A stretch of 64,000 nucleotides of DNA from an uncultured Pseudomonadales bacterium (GTDB lineage: Bacteria; Patescibacteriota; Microgenomatia; UBA1400; UBA1449), in assembly GCA_964386355.1 (NCBI GenBank), contig CAYLQQ010000004.1:7505-71504 (forward strand). The letters are read 5' to 3'. The position numbers and the translations under genes were made by a program. Positions 1-9,380 of this stretch are shown in pieces (positions within the stretch are counted from its first letter, which is position 1; each line of letters begins with the position of its first letter). Under the pieces are notes generated by a model. The model was given only the letters and a program-made list of their open reading frames with translations, was not told the DNA's origin and did not search any database.

Positions 1-327
1 AAACCGTTAATACCTGTTGGGAGTGCGGAATTGTATGAAGATTTTATGACTTACATTTCAGGAGATAGGGTTGGCGAGGGGGCATGGAGAAATGTGTTCT
101 CAAAACAGATTATCAACCAATTTACAAGCGAGAAGTTGTTAGTTATGGATAAAGGACTCAAGGCACAAACTGACAAAGGATTGTTTCAAGTATTTACTTA
201 CTTTTCAAAAATACTAGGTAATAAACATTACCTGGTTATAGGGGCAAAAAATAAACTTGAAAAACAACAACAATCACTTTCCAAAAAACATAGAACAAGA
301 GTAGATAAGCATTGGAGAGGCAAGTAA
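1..327 (+). CDS. hypothetical protein, 5'-partial
   Basis: Frame is open from base 1 (KPLIPVGSAELYEDF...) to TAA at 325-327; no recognised motif. Confidence 0.5.
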   Translation, partial: KPLIPVGSAELYEDFMTYISGDRVGEGAWRNVFSKQIINQFTSEKLLVMDKGLKAQTDKGLFQVFTYFSKILGNKHYLVIGAKNKLEKQQQSLSKKHRTRVDKHWRGK

Positions 328-329
328 AT

Positions 330-752
330 CTAGTTGATATTTGAGCTGGTTGGAGTGATGTTCTGTTTCCCCAACTGTTCACCAGTGATGACTGGTACTC
401 CATATTTACCTTTGCCTAGTAAGACTTCACCAATCTCAATAAACTGCTCAGCAAATCGCTTCTTTTCCTCTTGTGTCATTAAGTCAAAGTCTGGCTCGTT
501 ATTGTCTTGTGTTTGAGGTTGTCGTTTCCCGATTTCTTCTGAAATGAGTGAATCCATGACACTGCTTTGAGTTACTTCCACACTCTTGATGTCTGGCAAG
601 GTTTTATTGAGTAGAACTTTACAGGCTCCTAGAACCACATTTTCATTCTTACTTTTAGTCAGCTCCACCAACCTCAAAATCACTTCTTTAGCATGACTAC
701 TAATAGAGCTGTACAAGGCTTGTTTGCTGGTTGGCTTACGTCTTGTTGCCAT
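330..752 (-). CDS. hypothetical protein, resembles phage terminase-small-subunit-like proteins
   Basis: 140 aa, basic N-terminus, LLNKTLPDIKSVEV segment recalled from phage small proteins; by-eye similarity only. Confidence 0.4.
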   Translation of the reverse strand: MATRRKPTSKQALYSSISSHAKEVILRLVELTKSKNENVVLGACKVLLNKTLPDIKSVEVTQSSVMDSLISEEIGKRQPQTQDNNEPDFDLMTQEEKKRFAEQFIEIGEVLLGKGKYGVPVITGEQLGKQNITPTSSNIN

Positions 753-858
753 AATTAGAGAAAAGACTGACAGTCTTTTTGACTCCCCCTTATTTTCTCA
801 AGTAAGTTCACCTTACCTATTACTATAAGTATATAGTTCAAAGAAAGATGAGCTTGTA

Positions 859-1107
859 TTATTCAACTACTACTTTTTTGGATTTTTGCTCATCCATCTC
901 TTGAAATGTCCGACCTTGACTATCAGTAAACTGACGAGTGCCTGTAATGATTTTGTTGGTGGGCTTAGTGCCCATGATTTGAGTAATAGTTACCATGCTC
1001 TGAGCAAAGGATGGAGCTTTTGCTCGCATTTGCTCATATTGTTTTTGGTTCATCTTGATTTTAGGAGCGTCTTTAGCCTGGTTTGACATAGTTTTATCAT
1101 AATACAA
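859..1107 (-). CDS. hypothetical protein
   Basis: 82-aa ATG ORF co-oriented with 330-752. Confidence 0.35.
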   Translation of the reverse strand: MYYDKTMSNQAKDAPKIKMNQKQYEQMRAKAPSFAQSMVTITQIMGTKPTNKIITGTRQFTDSQGRTFQEMDEQKSKKVVVE

Positions 1108-1433
1108 AGTTCATTTGACTGCCAGCTTGATTCTGGGTCAGTAAGGTGTAGTCAACAATTTGTTGTTCTAGTTGTGGGAGCTTGAGCAGTTGTTTGATAA
1201 AATCAAAGAAAAGTTCAAAAGCAGTCACAGACTGCCGACATATGGCTTTAACAAAGCTAACGCTTTGCGTCATCTTTCTCTCTCGTTTCACTCTAGGGAC
1301 TACCTGTCTGCAAAATGAAACGTCCAGCAGAGCTGGATTTCGCTTCGCTCAAGATTCTGACTAGACTGACAATTAGAGTCTCAGTATACTGATTCTACAA
1401 ATAGAACAATCATTCCACTAAAATTTACTTTTT

Positions 1434-2024
1434 ATGATTCCAATTAAGTCTATAGTTAGCACCGTTAAAGAACATTTTCTACATGCGTTTCAGAAACAAC
1501 ATGCTGGATACATGTTTCTTGATAGGCATGTATATGAAGTTGAGCGCTGGGCATTACAAATCCTTGAAAGCAATCCTCAAGCAGAGCAAGAGGTTGTTTT
1601 AGTAAGTGTATGGCTCCATGATTATGGACAACTAGTTGGTGATATTACGATCGATCATGCTGTTAAATCAGAACAGGAAGCCAGAAAATTACTCAACTCT
1701 TTCAATGTTGAACCCCAAATTATTGAACAAGTCGCCCACTGTGTCCGATCTCACCGTAACAGAGATTTGAGGCCGCAAACGCTTGAGGCAAAAATCCTCG
1801 CTGCAAGTGATTCTGCCAGTCATATGACAGATATTAACTACATCGTTCACTTATCTGATGGCATGAAGGAGTATGTAGAAGGTAAAATAGAACGTGATTA
1901 TCGTGATTTGGCTTATTTTCCTACTATACAGGAACAAATTACACCACTGTATAAGGCATGGAAAGAACTAATTAAAGTATTTCCTGTAAGAAACTTGACT
2001 GAAAACGCAAAGTACTTTGCATAG
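1434..2024 (+). CDS. HD-domain metal-dependent phosphohydrolase
   Basis: H...WLHDYG...HA...H...D motif pattern. Confidence 0.8.
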   Translation: MIPIKSIVSTVKEHFLHAFQKQHAGYMFLDRHVYEVERWALQILESNPQAEQEVVLVSVWLHDYGQLVGDITIDHAVKSEQEARKLLNSFNVEPQIIEQVAHCVRSHRNRDLRPQTLEAKILAASDSASHMTDINYIVHLSDGMKEYVEGKIERDYRDLAYFPTIQEQITPLYKAWKELIKVFPVRNLTENAKYFA

Positions 2025-2054
2025 ATAGAATATTCTTCTTTTAATCATTACCCT

Positions 2055-2822
2055 ATGAAACTGCGTCGTCGATACATCCCTTTTCTGTCAGGTATTTTTC
2101 ATCGGCTTAATGAGGATATAAAAAACTTTGGCGTCCAAATAGCTTTTAAACATGTTATAGAAAAACGAGGAGTTCATTTCATTCTAAAAGGACTAGATCC
2201 AGAACTTATAAAGGTACTTTCTTCACATCGGGTTATACTCGTTTCTAATCACCCTCATGAGATCGAGCCATTTGTACTCCTGGCAAGCTTGCCTAAAAGG
2301 TCTGATGCGTTTGTAGTTGCCAACATTATGTTTTTCAACTGGCTAAGTGAACTTAACAAGCATCTAATTCCCGTCCATGTCCGTCACAGATTGGGGAAAG
2401 CTGAAAGGTTTAGACTGCGGGCACGACTATTCTGGTTATTACCTTTAGCAAATAAAAATATAAGCTACGCGAAAGGTCATAAAGAAAATATTACAAATAT
2501 CAATAATGCAAGCAAAAAGATTGATGCTGGCGGCATGGTGATCATTTTCCCGGGAGTTGATCAGAAGCACTGGTTTCCCGGAGTAGGCTTCCTACTCAAA
2601 CATACGACTACTATAGAACCGATATATATGGTTAAGGTCAATATCACAGGCATAAACAAACTCGATCTATTTAGAATCATTCCTTTTCTTTCAAAACTAT
2701 TTCCCCCAATTACAATAACGTTCTCAAAAGCTAAACAGGTACATAATCTACGCTTTAGAGATGGAAAAGGGATTACAATGGAGCTGGAAAGAGATTATAG
2801 AAAATGGTTAAATCAGAGCTAG
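2055..2822 (+). CDS. lysophospholipid acyltransferase (PlsC-like) family protein
   Basis: VSNHPHEIEP (NHxxxxD/E) and IIFPG blocks. Confidence 0.7.
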   Translation: MKLRRRYIPFLSGIFHRLNEDIKNFGVQIAFKHVIEKRGVHFILKGLDPELIKVLSSHRVILVSNHPHEIEPFVLLASLPKRSDAFVVANIMFFNWLSELNKHLIPVHVRHRLGKAERFRLRARLFWLLPLANKNISYAKGHKENITNINNASKKIDAGGMVIIFPGVDQKHWFPGVGFLLKHTTTIEPIYMVKVNITGINKLDLFRIIPFLSKLFPPITITFSKAKQVHNLRFRDGKGITMELERDYRKWLNQS

Positions 2823-2894
2823 TCCTGAATGGATACTTATTAATTAATCCGAATTTTAAGCTATAAGGCTTACAGCTTTAAGCTCAATGGTATT

Positions 2895-3857
2895 ATGTAT
2901 TCCCTTGCAGCCTTAGGTGGCACTTTTGACCGCTTGCATACAGGTCACCAAACACTTTTAAGCCATGCCTTTAACATTTCACATAAGGTTATAGTGGGAA
3001 TTACTACAGATAATTTTATTTTAGAAAAAGATCTATCTCATCTGATCGAGCCATATGAAAAAAGAAAGAAGTCTGTATTGGAATATGCAAGTAAGTTAAA
3101 AAGGGGTACAGACATCGAAATTGTACCTCTTCGTGATATTTTCGGCCCTACTTTAACAGATCAAAGAATTGATTGTTTGGTTGTGAGTCCTTTGACTGAA
3201 AAAGGCGCGCATTCAATTAATGCAGAGCGCATGAAATACTCGCTCGCTCGATTGCCACTAGAGGTTTGCCGGGTTGAAATATCTTCTGATAATCAGGCAA
3301 TATCTTCAACGCGTATCCGCAGAGGTGAGATAAACAGGTTGGGTTTTGTGTACAGTGATCTACTGACTAAAAACATAACTCTTAACCCTAAACAGATTAA
3401 AGATGTTAAAAAACCATTTGGTAAACTATATTTGGACTTTTCAAGCCTTCAGACTGCAATGCTGCCTCAAAAAAACAATATAGTTACTGTTGGAGATACT
3501 GCTACTCATTTATTCCTTGAACATGAATTTCCTATCAAATTTGGCGTTTTTGATAACTTAGAGCAGCGTAGGCCAGTAATTCATTCTCTGCATAAATACA
3601 TTAAGCATAACAATTTAATTCACACACATAATGAACCAGGGAAGATATCCCAAAATTTGACACAGGCTTTGGTACATGCAATGGAAAACAACTCATATGT
3701 AGAAGTAGATGGAGAAGAAGATTTAGCCGTGATCCCCCTAACCTTACTATTGCCACTTGGAGGCGTTATCATCTACGGCCAGCCGAACGAAGGCCTTGTA
3801 ATGGTTGAAATAACGGAAGAGAAAAAAGAGTGGGTAAAAAGGTTGTTATCTGAGTAA
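2895..3857 (+). CDS. archaeal-type phosphopantetheine adenylyltransferase fused to DUF359 GTP-dependent dephospho-CoA kinase
   Basis: N-half GGTFDRLHTGH and ISSTRIR; C-half VTVGD, VDGEEDL, YGQPNEG. Confidence 0.85.
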   Translation: MYSLAALGGTFDRLHTGHQTLLSHAFNISHKVIVGITTDNFILEKDLSHLIEPYEKRKKSVLEYASKLKRGTDIEIVPLRDIFGPTLTDQRIDCLVVSPLTEKGAHSINAERMKYSLARLPLEVCRVEISSDNQAISSTRIRRGEINRLGFVYSDLLTKNITLNPKQIKDVKKPFGKLYLDFSSLQTAMLPQKNNIVTVGDTATHLFLEHEFPIKFGVFDNLEQRRPVIHSLHKYIKHNNLIHTHNEPGKISQNLTQALVHAMENNSYVEVDGEEDLAVIPLTLLLPLGGVIIYGQPNEGLVMVEITEEKKEWVKRLLSE

Positions 3858-3898
3858 ATAAGTGTAATATATTAGTAATTATCTATTCATAATAGACT

Positions 3899-4255
3899 AT
3901 GAAAAACTTACCAGTAAAACCAATTATTAAATTCGAAGATCTTGAAAAACTTGATATTCGCATTGGAACAATTGAAAAAGTAGAAGATGTCAACGGCTCT
4001 GATAAACTAGTCCGCCTAACTGTCAACTTTGGTGAATTCAAAAAAAATATCTTGGTAGGAATGAAGCAAGAACGTGAAGATGTGAAAGTTGAAATTGAAG
4101 GTAAAAAGGCTTTATTTGTAGTAAACCTTGAACCACGTAAAATGATGGGTGAGATGTCAGAGGGTATGCTTTTCGATATCGGATATTCAAATGGAATTAC
4201 ACCAGTTTTAGCTATACCCGAAAAAGAAGTCCCTAATGGAGCCTGTGCTGGTTAA
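3899..4255 (+). CDS. stand-alone tRNA-binding OB-fold protein (Trbp111/CsaA/MetRS C-terminal-like)
   Basis: LDIRIGTI...DKLVRLTV...VNLEPRKMMGEMSEGM. Confidence 0.85.
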   Translation: MKNLPVKPIIKFEDLEKLDIRIGTIEKVEDVNGSDKLVRLTVNFGEFKKNILVGMKQEREDVKVEIEGKKALFVVNLEPRKMMGEMSEGMLFDIGYSNGITPVLAIPEKEVPNGACAG

Positions 4256-4357
4256 ATGCATTCCTCTAATGATTTTTCCAGGTGATAATATAACCGCAAG
4301 AAAACCTAAACACTTGTCTACTATATTTCTGGTTCGCAATGATTAATAGTAAAAACC

Positions 4358-4795
4358 TTACCGTCTTGGAGATTGGCGCTGGCGTCTGGATTTGCCTCCC
4401 ATGCCTGCCTGCCTGCGCTGGCGCATGCGTGAGTCCCGGGTTAAGAAACCGCGCTTTTTTAGGATTGATTTGAACTTTTCGGTATCAAGCTGTACTAATA
4501 CTCGAGATAAAGCATGAACTACTGCTACCAGCTGAGCTTCCTTGCCTGCTCCAGTTGTAGAAATATCTATCTTATACTTCCCTATGACATTACAAGTACG
4601 TAAAGGTTCTAAGTATTTAGCTTGACTAATTGCCCCTGGGAAATATTCTTCTATCCGCTTTCCATTAACTTCAATATTACCCTTCTCATTGATGTACATC
4701 TTAACGCGAGCAGAAGCGGTCTTGCGTCTTCCAAGAGCTGTCAAAACATCTTTAGATATAATTTTTGTGGGTTTGGTTGGTATAGTTTCAGCCAT
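4358..4795 (-). CDS. rpsI: 30S ribosomal protein S9
   Basis: GRRKTASARV, LTRDSR; follows rplM. Confidence 0.97.
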   Translation of the reverse strand: MAETIPTKPTKIISKDVLTALGRRKTASARVKMYINEKGNIEVNGKRIEEYFPGAISQAKYLEPLRTCNVIGKYKIDISTTGAGKEAQLVAVVHALSRVLVQLDTEKFKSILKKRGFLTRDSRMRQRRQAGMGGKSRRQRQSPRR

Positions 4796-4799
4796 AGTT

Positions 4800-5213
4800 C
4801 TATTTTAGTTTATCAGCGTAGGGATGGTTGGTGTCGGTAAATACCTTTAGCCGCTTCATCCGTTCTTTTAATAGTTTATTGTTGGGTAGCATGCCTTTGA
4901 CCGCATGGGTAATAACCCGTTTAGGATCTTTGTCCATAAGTTTATCAAAGGTGATTTCTTTAAATCCTCCGGGAAAGTTAGAGTGACTGTAGTATTTCTT
5001 TAAAGATGCTTTTTTACCCGTTACTGCTATTTCTGCAGCATTCGTTACAATAACATAATCACCACAATCCATATGAGGAGCAAAATAGGGTTTATGTTTA
5101 CCCATGAGTAAGCTTGCAATTTTACTTGACACCCTTCCCAACACCTGATCTTTTAAATCAATTAGGTGCCAACTTCTAACTATTGTTTGTGGCTTTGGCA
5201 TGTCTGTTTTCAT
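4800..5213 (-). CDS. rplM: 50S ribosomal protein L13
   Basis: LGRVSS, GKHKP, DCGDYVIV, AVKGMLP. Confidence 0.98.
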   Translation of the reverse strand: MKTDMPKPQTIVRSWHLIDLKDQVLGRVSSKIASLLMGKHKPYFAPHMDCGDYVIVTNAAEIAVTGKKASLKKYYSHSNFPGGFKEITFDKLMDKDPKRVITHAVKGMLPNNKLLKERMKRLKVFTDTNHPYADKLK

Positions 5214-5216
5214 ATG

Positions 5217-5669
5217 TTACTTAGCCTTTTTAACTACTGGTTTCTTAGGTTCTTTTTTTACTTTTGTTTCTTTCTTAGCGCTTTTTTCTTCCTTTTTCGG
5301 TTCTTCTACCACAGGTAAGGTAGCCAGTAATTCGAGTTTAACAATCATGACGTTATCACCCCTGCGCCTACCCATGCGGATGATCTTTACCATGCCCCCT
5401 TTGCGATCTCCTAGATTTGCAGCTAAGTCACACGCTTTTTTGACAAGTTGTGTATCAGATAATATCGTCCGGAGTTGTCTGCGAACATGCACACTATCCA
5501 GACGTGCTTTCTGTAAAACGCTTTCTACAGAGTTTGCAATTATTTTACCCTTGGTTTCGGTTGTTTGTATTTGACCTAGCTCAATTAACTGACGCGTCTG
5601 GTTTTTAATCAGAGCTCGTCTGTGACCTGAGTCACGATTGAGTTTTGATCCCGCAATACTATGTCTCAT
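5217..5669 (-). CDS. rplQ: 50S ribosomal protein L17 with Lys-rich tail
   Basis: MRH...KLNR..HRRAL, RRGDN. Confidence 0.97.
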   Translation of the reverse strand: MRHSIAGSKLNRDSGHRRALIKNQTRQLIELGQIQTTETKGKIIANSVESVLQKARLDSVHVRRQLRTILSDTQLVKKACDLAANLGDRKGGMVKIIRMGRRRGDNVMIVKLELLATLPVVEEPKKEEKSAKKETKVKKEPKKPVVKKAK

Positions 5670-5672
5670 AGG

Positions 5673-6584
5673 TTATTGAGCAATATCTACTCCTTTTTCT
5701 TTAAGTTTATCAATAACGATATCTACTGATTTGCCACCCAGGTTCTTAACCTTAGCAATCTCTTCTCTAGTAGCTTTAGAAAGGTCTGCTACTGTCTCAT
5801 AACCACCCTTACGAAGAGCATTAGCAATACGAGTAGGTAAATCTAGCTCTTCAACAGTCAATCGCATCACTTCTTGTTCGGCGGGGTTAGTCTCGACTCT
5901 CTCAGCTACTTCGGGAAGGATTGGGTTAATGATTTGGTCAAGGTATCCTTGCATAACCCGTGCTGCTTCAATTAATGCAGTTTGAGGTTCAACAGTACCA
6001 TCAGTCCATATCTCCATGATCAGATTATCATAGTCTGTCCGTCCTCCTACACGTGTTTGTTTGACATCAAACTTTGCCCGTAAAACAGGAGAGTATGATG
6101 TATCCATGGGAACAACTCCGACTGTCGAGCTTTTCCGATCTTCTGCCAAAACATAGCCATACCCTGATTCAATTGTTACTGTTGCTTTGAGTTTTTTACC
6201 ATCATTTAGATGGGCTAAAACAAGGTCTTTATTGATGATCTCTACATCAGATGGAGCGTCTATATCAGCTGCTGTTACCACATTTCCTTTTGAAACCAAA
6301 TCTATTTCGATAGGTTCAGTCCCTGTATAGCGAACACGCAATTGCTTTAGATTTAACAGTAGCTCAACCACATCCTCCTTCATCCCTTCCATGCTTGAAA
6401 ATTGGTGTTTGACTCCATCAATCCGAACAAAAGATACACCTGATCCCTTGAGTGAGGTTAAGAGCGTTCGCCTAAGAGCATTACCTAAGGTGTGACCAAA
6501 TCCCTGTTCTAGAGGCTCGATAGAAAACATACCATAATCGGCTGATTGTTCTATTGGCTTGATAACAAATTGTGGTTTGTTCAT
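5673..6584 (-). CDS. rpoA: RNA polymerase alpha subunit
   Basis: EPLEQGFGHTLGNALRR; alpha-CTD NLGGKS. Confidence 0.98.
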   Translation of the reverse strand: MNKPQFVIKPIEQSADYGMFSIEPLEQGFGHTLGNALRRTLLTSLKGSGVSFVRIDGVKHQFSSMEGMKEDVVELLLNLKQLRVRYTGTEPIEIDLVSKGNVVTAADIDAPSDVEIINKDLVLAHLNDGKKLKATVTIESGYGYVLAEDRKSSTVGVVPMDTSYSPVLRAKFDVKQTRVGGRTDYDNLIMEIWTDGTVEPQTALIEAARVMQGYLDQIINPILPEVAERVETNPAEQEVMRLTVEELDLPTRIANALRKGGYETVADLSKATREEIAKVKNLGGKSVDIVIDKLKEKGVDIAQ

Positions 6585-6640
6585 ACATTTACATTCTTTC
6601 TACATCATGGAACTGTTGTCCCACATCCCGCAGAATAGAA

Positions 6641-7252
6641 TTACCTTGAATAATATTCAACAATAAGTTGCTCAGTTATATCTCCCTCAATTTCTTCGCG
6701 CTCAGGCTCCCTGACAATTTTGCCAACTAAAGCCTGTTTTTCTAACCACTTAGGTGTAGAAAGTTTTTTATCATTGAGGGCTAATTTTACTATTGGATTC
6801 TCAGCTAATTTTCCATCCAAAGCTATTGTTTGATTAAGCTTTACTTGGTATGAGGGAATGTCAAGTGTCTTTCCATCTACCAATACATGACCATGGCTCA
6901 CAAACTGTCTGGCTGCTGCTCTGGTAGGAGCAAATCCTAACCGATATATGACATTATCGAGTCTTAATTCCAAAAGCTGAAGCATTCTCGTACCAGTAGC
7001 TTTGGGGTTTTTACGGGCTTCAACATAGTATTTGTGAAGCTGTTTTTCGAGTATCCCATATGTCCAACGTACTTTCTGCTTTTCTTTTAACTGAATACGG
7101 TAGTCAGATGGTTTTCCATGAGATCCTTTAGGACCATGCTGTCCTGGAGGAACACTCAAACGCCGTTGTAATTTGACTGCATTCGTTTTAAGGCCAAGAT
7201 CTCGACCTACCGCTCTTGCTAATCTGTTTTTTGGACCTGTATATCTAGCCAT
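6641..7252 (-). CDS. rpsD: 30S ribosomal protein S4 (no Zn cysteines)
   Basis: MARYTGP, LELRLDN, IVEYYSR. Confidence 0.98.
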   Translation of the reverse strand: MARYTGPKNRLARAVGRDLGLKTNAVKLQRRLSVPPGQHGPKGSHGKPSDYRIQLKEKQKVRWTYGILEKQLHKYYVEARKNPKATGTRMLQLLELRLDNVIYRLGFAPTRAAARQFVSHGHVLVDGKTLDIPSYQVKLNQTIALDGKLAENPIVKLALNDKKLSTPKWLEKQALVGKIVREPEREEIEGDITEQLIVEYYSR

Positions 7253-7270
7253 ATGTAAATTATAATATTT

Positions 7271-7651
7271 TTATGCTCTTCTCCTCTTTTTGGGTCTACA
7301 ACCGTTATGAGGAATGGGTGTTACGTCTGCTAATAGAGTTACCCGAATACCTGAGCCCCGCAAAACTCTCAAAGCTGCATCCCTACCAACTCCTGGACCT
7401 TTGATATACACCCGGGCTTGTTTCAAACCAGCCTGTTTAGCGTTCTGTAAAACCTTATCTATCGCCATAGTGGCTGCATAGGGAGTAGATTTCCGTGACC
7501 CTTTGAAACCAACCATTCCTGTTGAGGCTGAAAAAAGCACGTTTCCTCCGTTATCAGTAACGGTAGCAATCGTATTGTTAAACGTTGCGATTATGTATAC
7601 GCATCCTGATGTAAGTTGTTTGATCTTTGTGTCTTTTTTGGCTTGTGGCAT
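7271..7651 (-). CDS. rpsK: 30S ribosomal protein S11
   Basis: ATFNNTI, DVTPIPHNGCRP. Confidence 0.98.
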   Translation of the reverse strand: MPQAKKDTKIKQLTSGCVYIIATFNNTIATVTDNGGNVLFSASTGMVGFKGSRKSTPYAATMAIDKVLQNAKQAGLKQARVYIKGPGVGRDAALRVLRGSGIRVTLLADVTPIPHNGCRPKKRRRA

Positions 7652-7667
7652 ACGAGTATTAATTTAA

Positions 7668-8069
7668 TTATTTTTTAGCTGCTGTATCCATCTTGGCTGC
7701 AGTTTCTTTAGTCATGGAACCTACTGTCATTCTCCGACCTCTCTTGGTACGCGCATTAACTCTAGTTCTTTGACCATGAACTGGTAATCTTGCAATGTGG
7801 CGAAGACCGCGGTAGGCTTTAATCTGTTTTAATCGTTGGATATTATCACGGACAATTTTTCGTAAAGGTCCTTCGGTTGGGGTAGACTCAAGTGCTTTGA
7901 CAATTCTTGCCACTTCCTGATCAGTAAGGTCTTTAGCTCGTTTGGTGCCATCAATATTTGCAAGTTTTAGTATGTGTTCTACATTAGTCCTCCCTATACC
8001 ATAAATATAGGTCAGGGCTATATCAGTTCTTTTTTGGGCTGGAATATCTACTCCTGCAATACGTGGCAT
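7668..8069 (-). CDS. rpsM: 30S ribosomal protein S13
   Basis: RIAGVDIP, YRGLRH, GQRTR. Confidence 0.98.
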   Translation of the reverse strand: MPRIAGVDIPAQKRTDIALTYIYGIGRTNVEHILKLANIDGTKRAKDLTDQEVARIVKALESTPTEGPLRKIVRDNIQRLKQIKAYRGLRHIARLPVHGQRTRVNARTKRGRRMTVGSMTKETAAKMDTAAKK

Positions 8070-8071
8070 AT

Positions 8072-8188
8072 TTATCCTTGGCGTTGTTTATGTTTTTTAT
8101 TACGCGTACAAATAACCTGAAGCCTACCTCTTCGGCGGACTATTTTACACTCTCGGCACATAAGTTTGATACTTGCTCTAACTTTCAT
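8072..8188 (-). CDS. rpmJ: 50S ribosomal protein L36 (absent from the ORF track)
   Basis: Manual translation [38 protein letters not shown], 38 aa, between infA and rpsM. Confidence 0.97.
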   Translation of the reverse strand: MKVRASIKLMCRECKIVRRRGRLQVICTRNKKHKQRQG

Positions 8189-8254
8189 ACACTCTAATCA
8201 ATATTTGACTTACCAAAAAACAAATAATTCCAATTTCCGTGGAATTACATTAGT

Positions 8255-8263
8255 ATTATAGCA
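8255..8263 (-). promoter_or_regulatory. extended -10 promoter upstream of rpmJ
   Basis: TGCTATAAT on the minus strand. Confidence 0.55.
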
Positions 8264-8283
8264 CGATTTGACAACGAAAGGGA

Positions 8284-8505
8284 CTATTTAATCCGAAAGG
8301 TTATTCGTCCTTTGGTGTCGTCATACGGGGTAAATTCAACTTTAACCCGATCGCCTGGCAAAACTCTAATTTTAAACATGCGCATTTTGCCTGATAATGT
8401 GCAAAGAACTAGTCGTTTATCTTCGTCCAGCTCTACACGAAACGTAGTATTTGGCAAAGCCTCTACTACTATTCCTTCTTTTAAATCTAATTGCATTTTT
8501 GCCAT
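8284..8505 (-). CDS. infA: translation initiation factor IF-1
   Basis: [26 protein letters not shown]. Confidence 0.98.
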   Translation of the reverse strand: MAKMQLDLKEGIVVEALPNTTFRVELDEDKRLVLCTLSGKMRMFKIRVLPGDRVKVEFTPYDDTKGRITFRIK

Positions 8506-8519
8506 AAGTACAGACGTGA

Positions 8520-8548
8520 ATTATAACAGAGTTTTTAACGCGTTGCAA
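8520..8548 (-). promoter_or_regulatory. sigma70-type promoter for infA
   Basis: TTGCAA-17nt-TATAAT with TG extension. Confidence 0.75.
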
Positions 8549-8658
8549 AGAGGAAAAAGAAGTCTCTATTCGAACCATCAGTCTGTTTTTAGAGTACTCA
8601 ACCTCTCTATCGCGACCTAATTCTACAGTAATTGTTAAATGGTTACATGGCTAAATTG

Positions 8659-9369
8659 TTAAATAATACTTTTCAAATTCAACCCACCAGCTATTATATA
8701 ATTTCCTCCTGTAATGGCATTATTGTTACAAACAGAAACAACAAATTTTGCTATCTCTTCTGATTTTATAAACCGCCTGATGGGAACTGAACCAATTGCC
8801 TCATTTTTTTGTTCATCATTAAAACTATTCCATATGGGTGTTTCTGTATATCCAGGGGAAATTGACACTACTCTGATATCAGGAGAGAGCATTAGACTTA
8901 AATTTTCTGAGAATTTTTGTAAGGCAGCTTTGCTTGTAGAATATGCCAAGGAATTGAGCCCAACTATTCCAGCATTACCCATAATTGAAGAAATATTAAC
9001 GATTACTCCTTTTCTATCTTTCATGAGAGGTAATGAATACCTGACGCATTCAACAATTCCAAATAAATTTATTTGAAATGTTCTCTGCCATGTATCAGTA
9101 TCAAGTTGATCATCAAATGCTTCTTCAATTCCAATAGTATTAATCAGAATGTCCAAATGTTTATATTTTTCCCTTATCATTTCAAACATCTTACGTATCT
9201 CATCTTTTTTTGTAATGTCTGCTTGTATGCTAAATCTGTCCTCTTTTATCTCATTTAAATTGTAGTGTCTAGCTACATTACAGCCTCTCTTAGTCAGTTC
9301 ATTTGCAATAGCTTTTCCTATTCCACCTGATGCACCAGTAACTAAAACATTTTTATTCTGTAAATCCAT
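8659..9369 (-). CDS. short-chain dehydrogenase/reductase (SDR)
   Basis: TGASGGIG, NISS, YSTSK. Confidence 0.92.
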   Translation of the reverse strand: MDLQNKNVLVTGASGGIGKAIANELTKRGCNVARHYNLNEIKEDRFSIQADITKKDEIRKMFEMIREKYKHLDILINTIGIEEAFDDQLDTDTWQRTFQINLFGIVECVRYSLPLMKDRKGVIVNISSIMGNAGIVGLNSLAYSTSKAALQKFSENLSLMLSPDIRVVSISPGYTETPIWNSFNDEQKNEAIGSVPIRRFIKSEEIAKFVVSVCNNNAITGGNYIIAGGLNLKSII

Positions 9370-9380
9370 ATTAAAAATTC

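Noticed and set aside
1097-1364. Short overlapping ORFs 1097-1291 and 1182-1364
   Set aside because: Non-ATG starts, mutually overlapping, no motifs; cannot be supported
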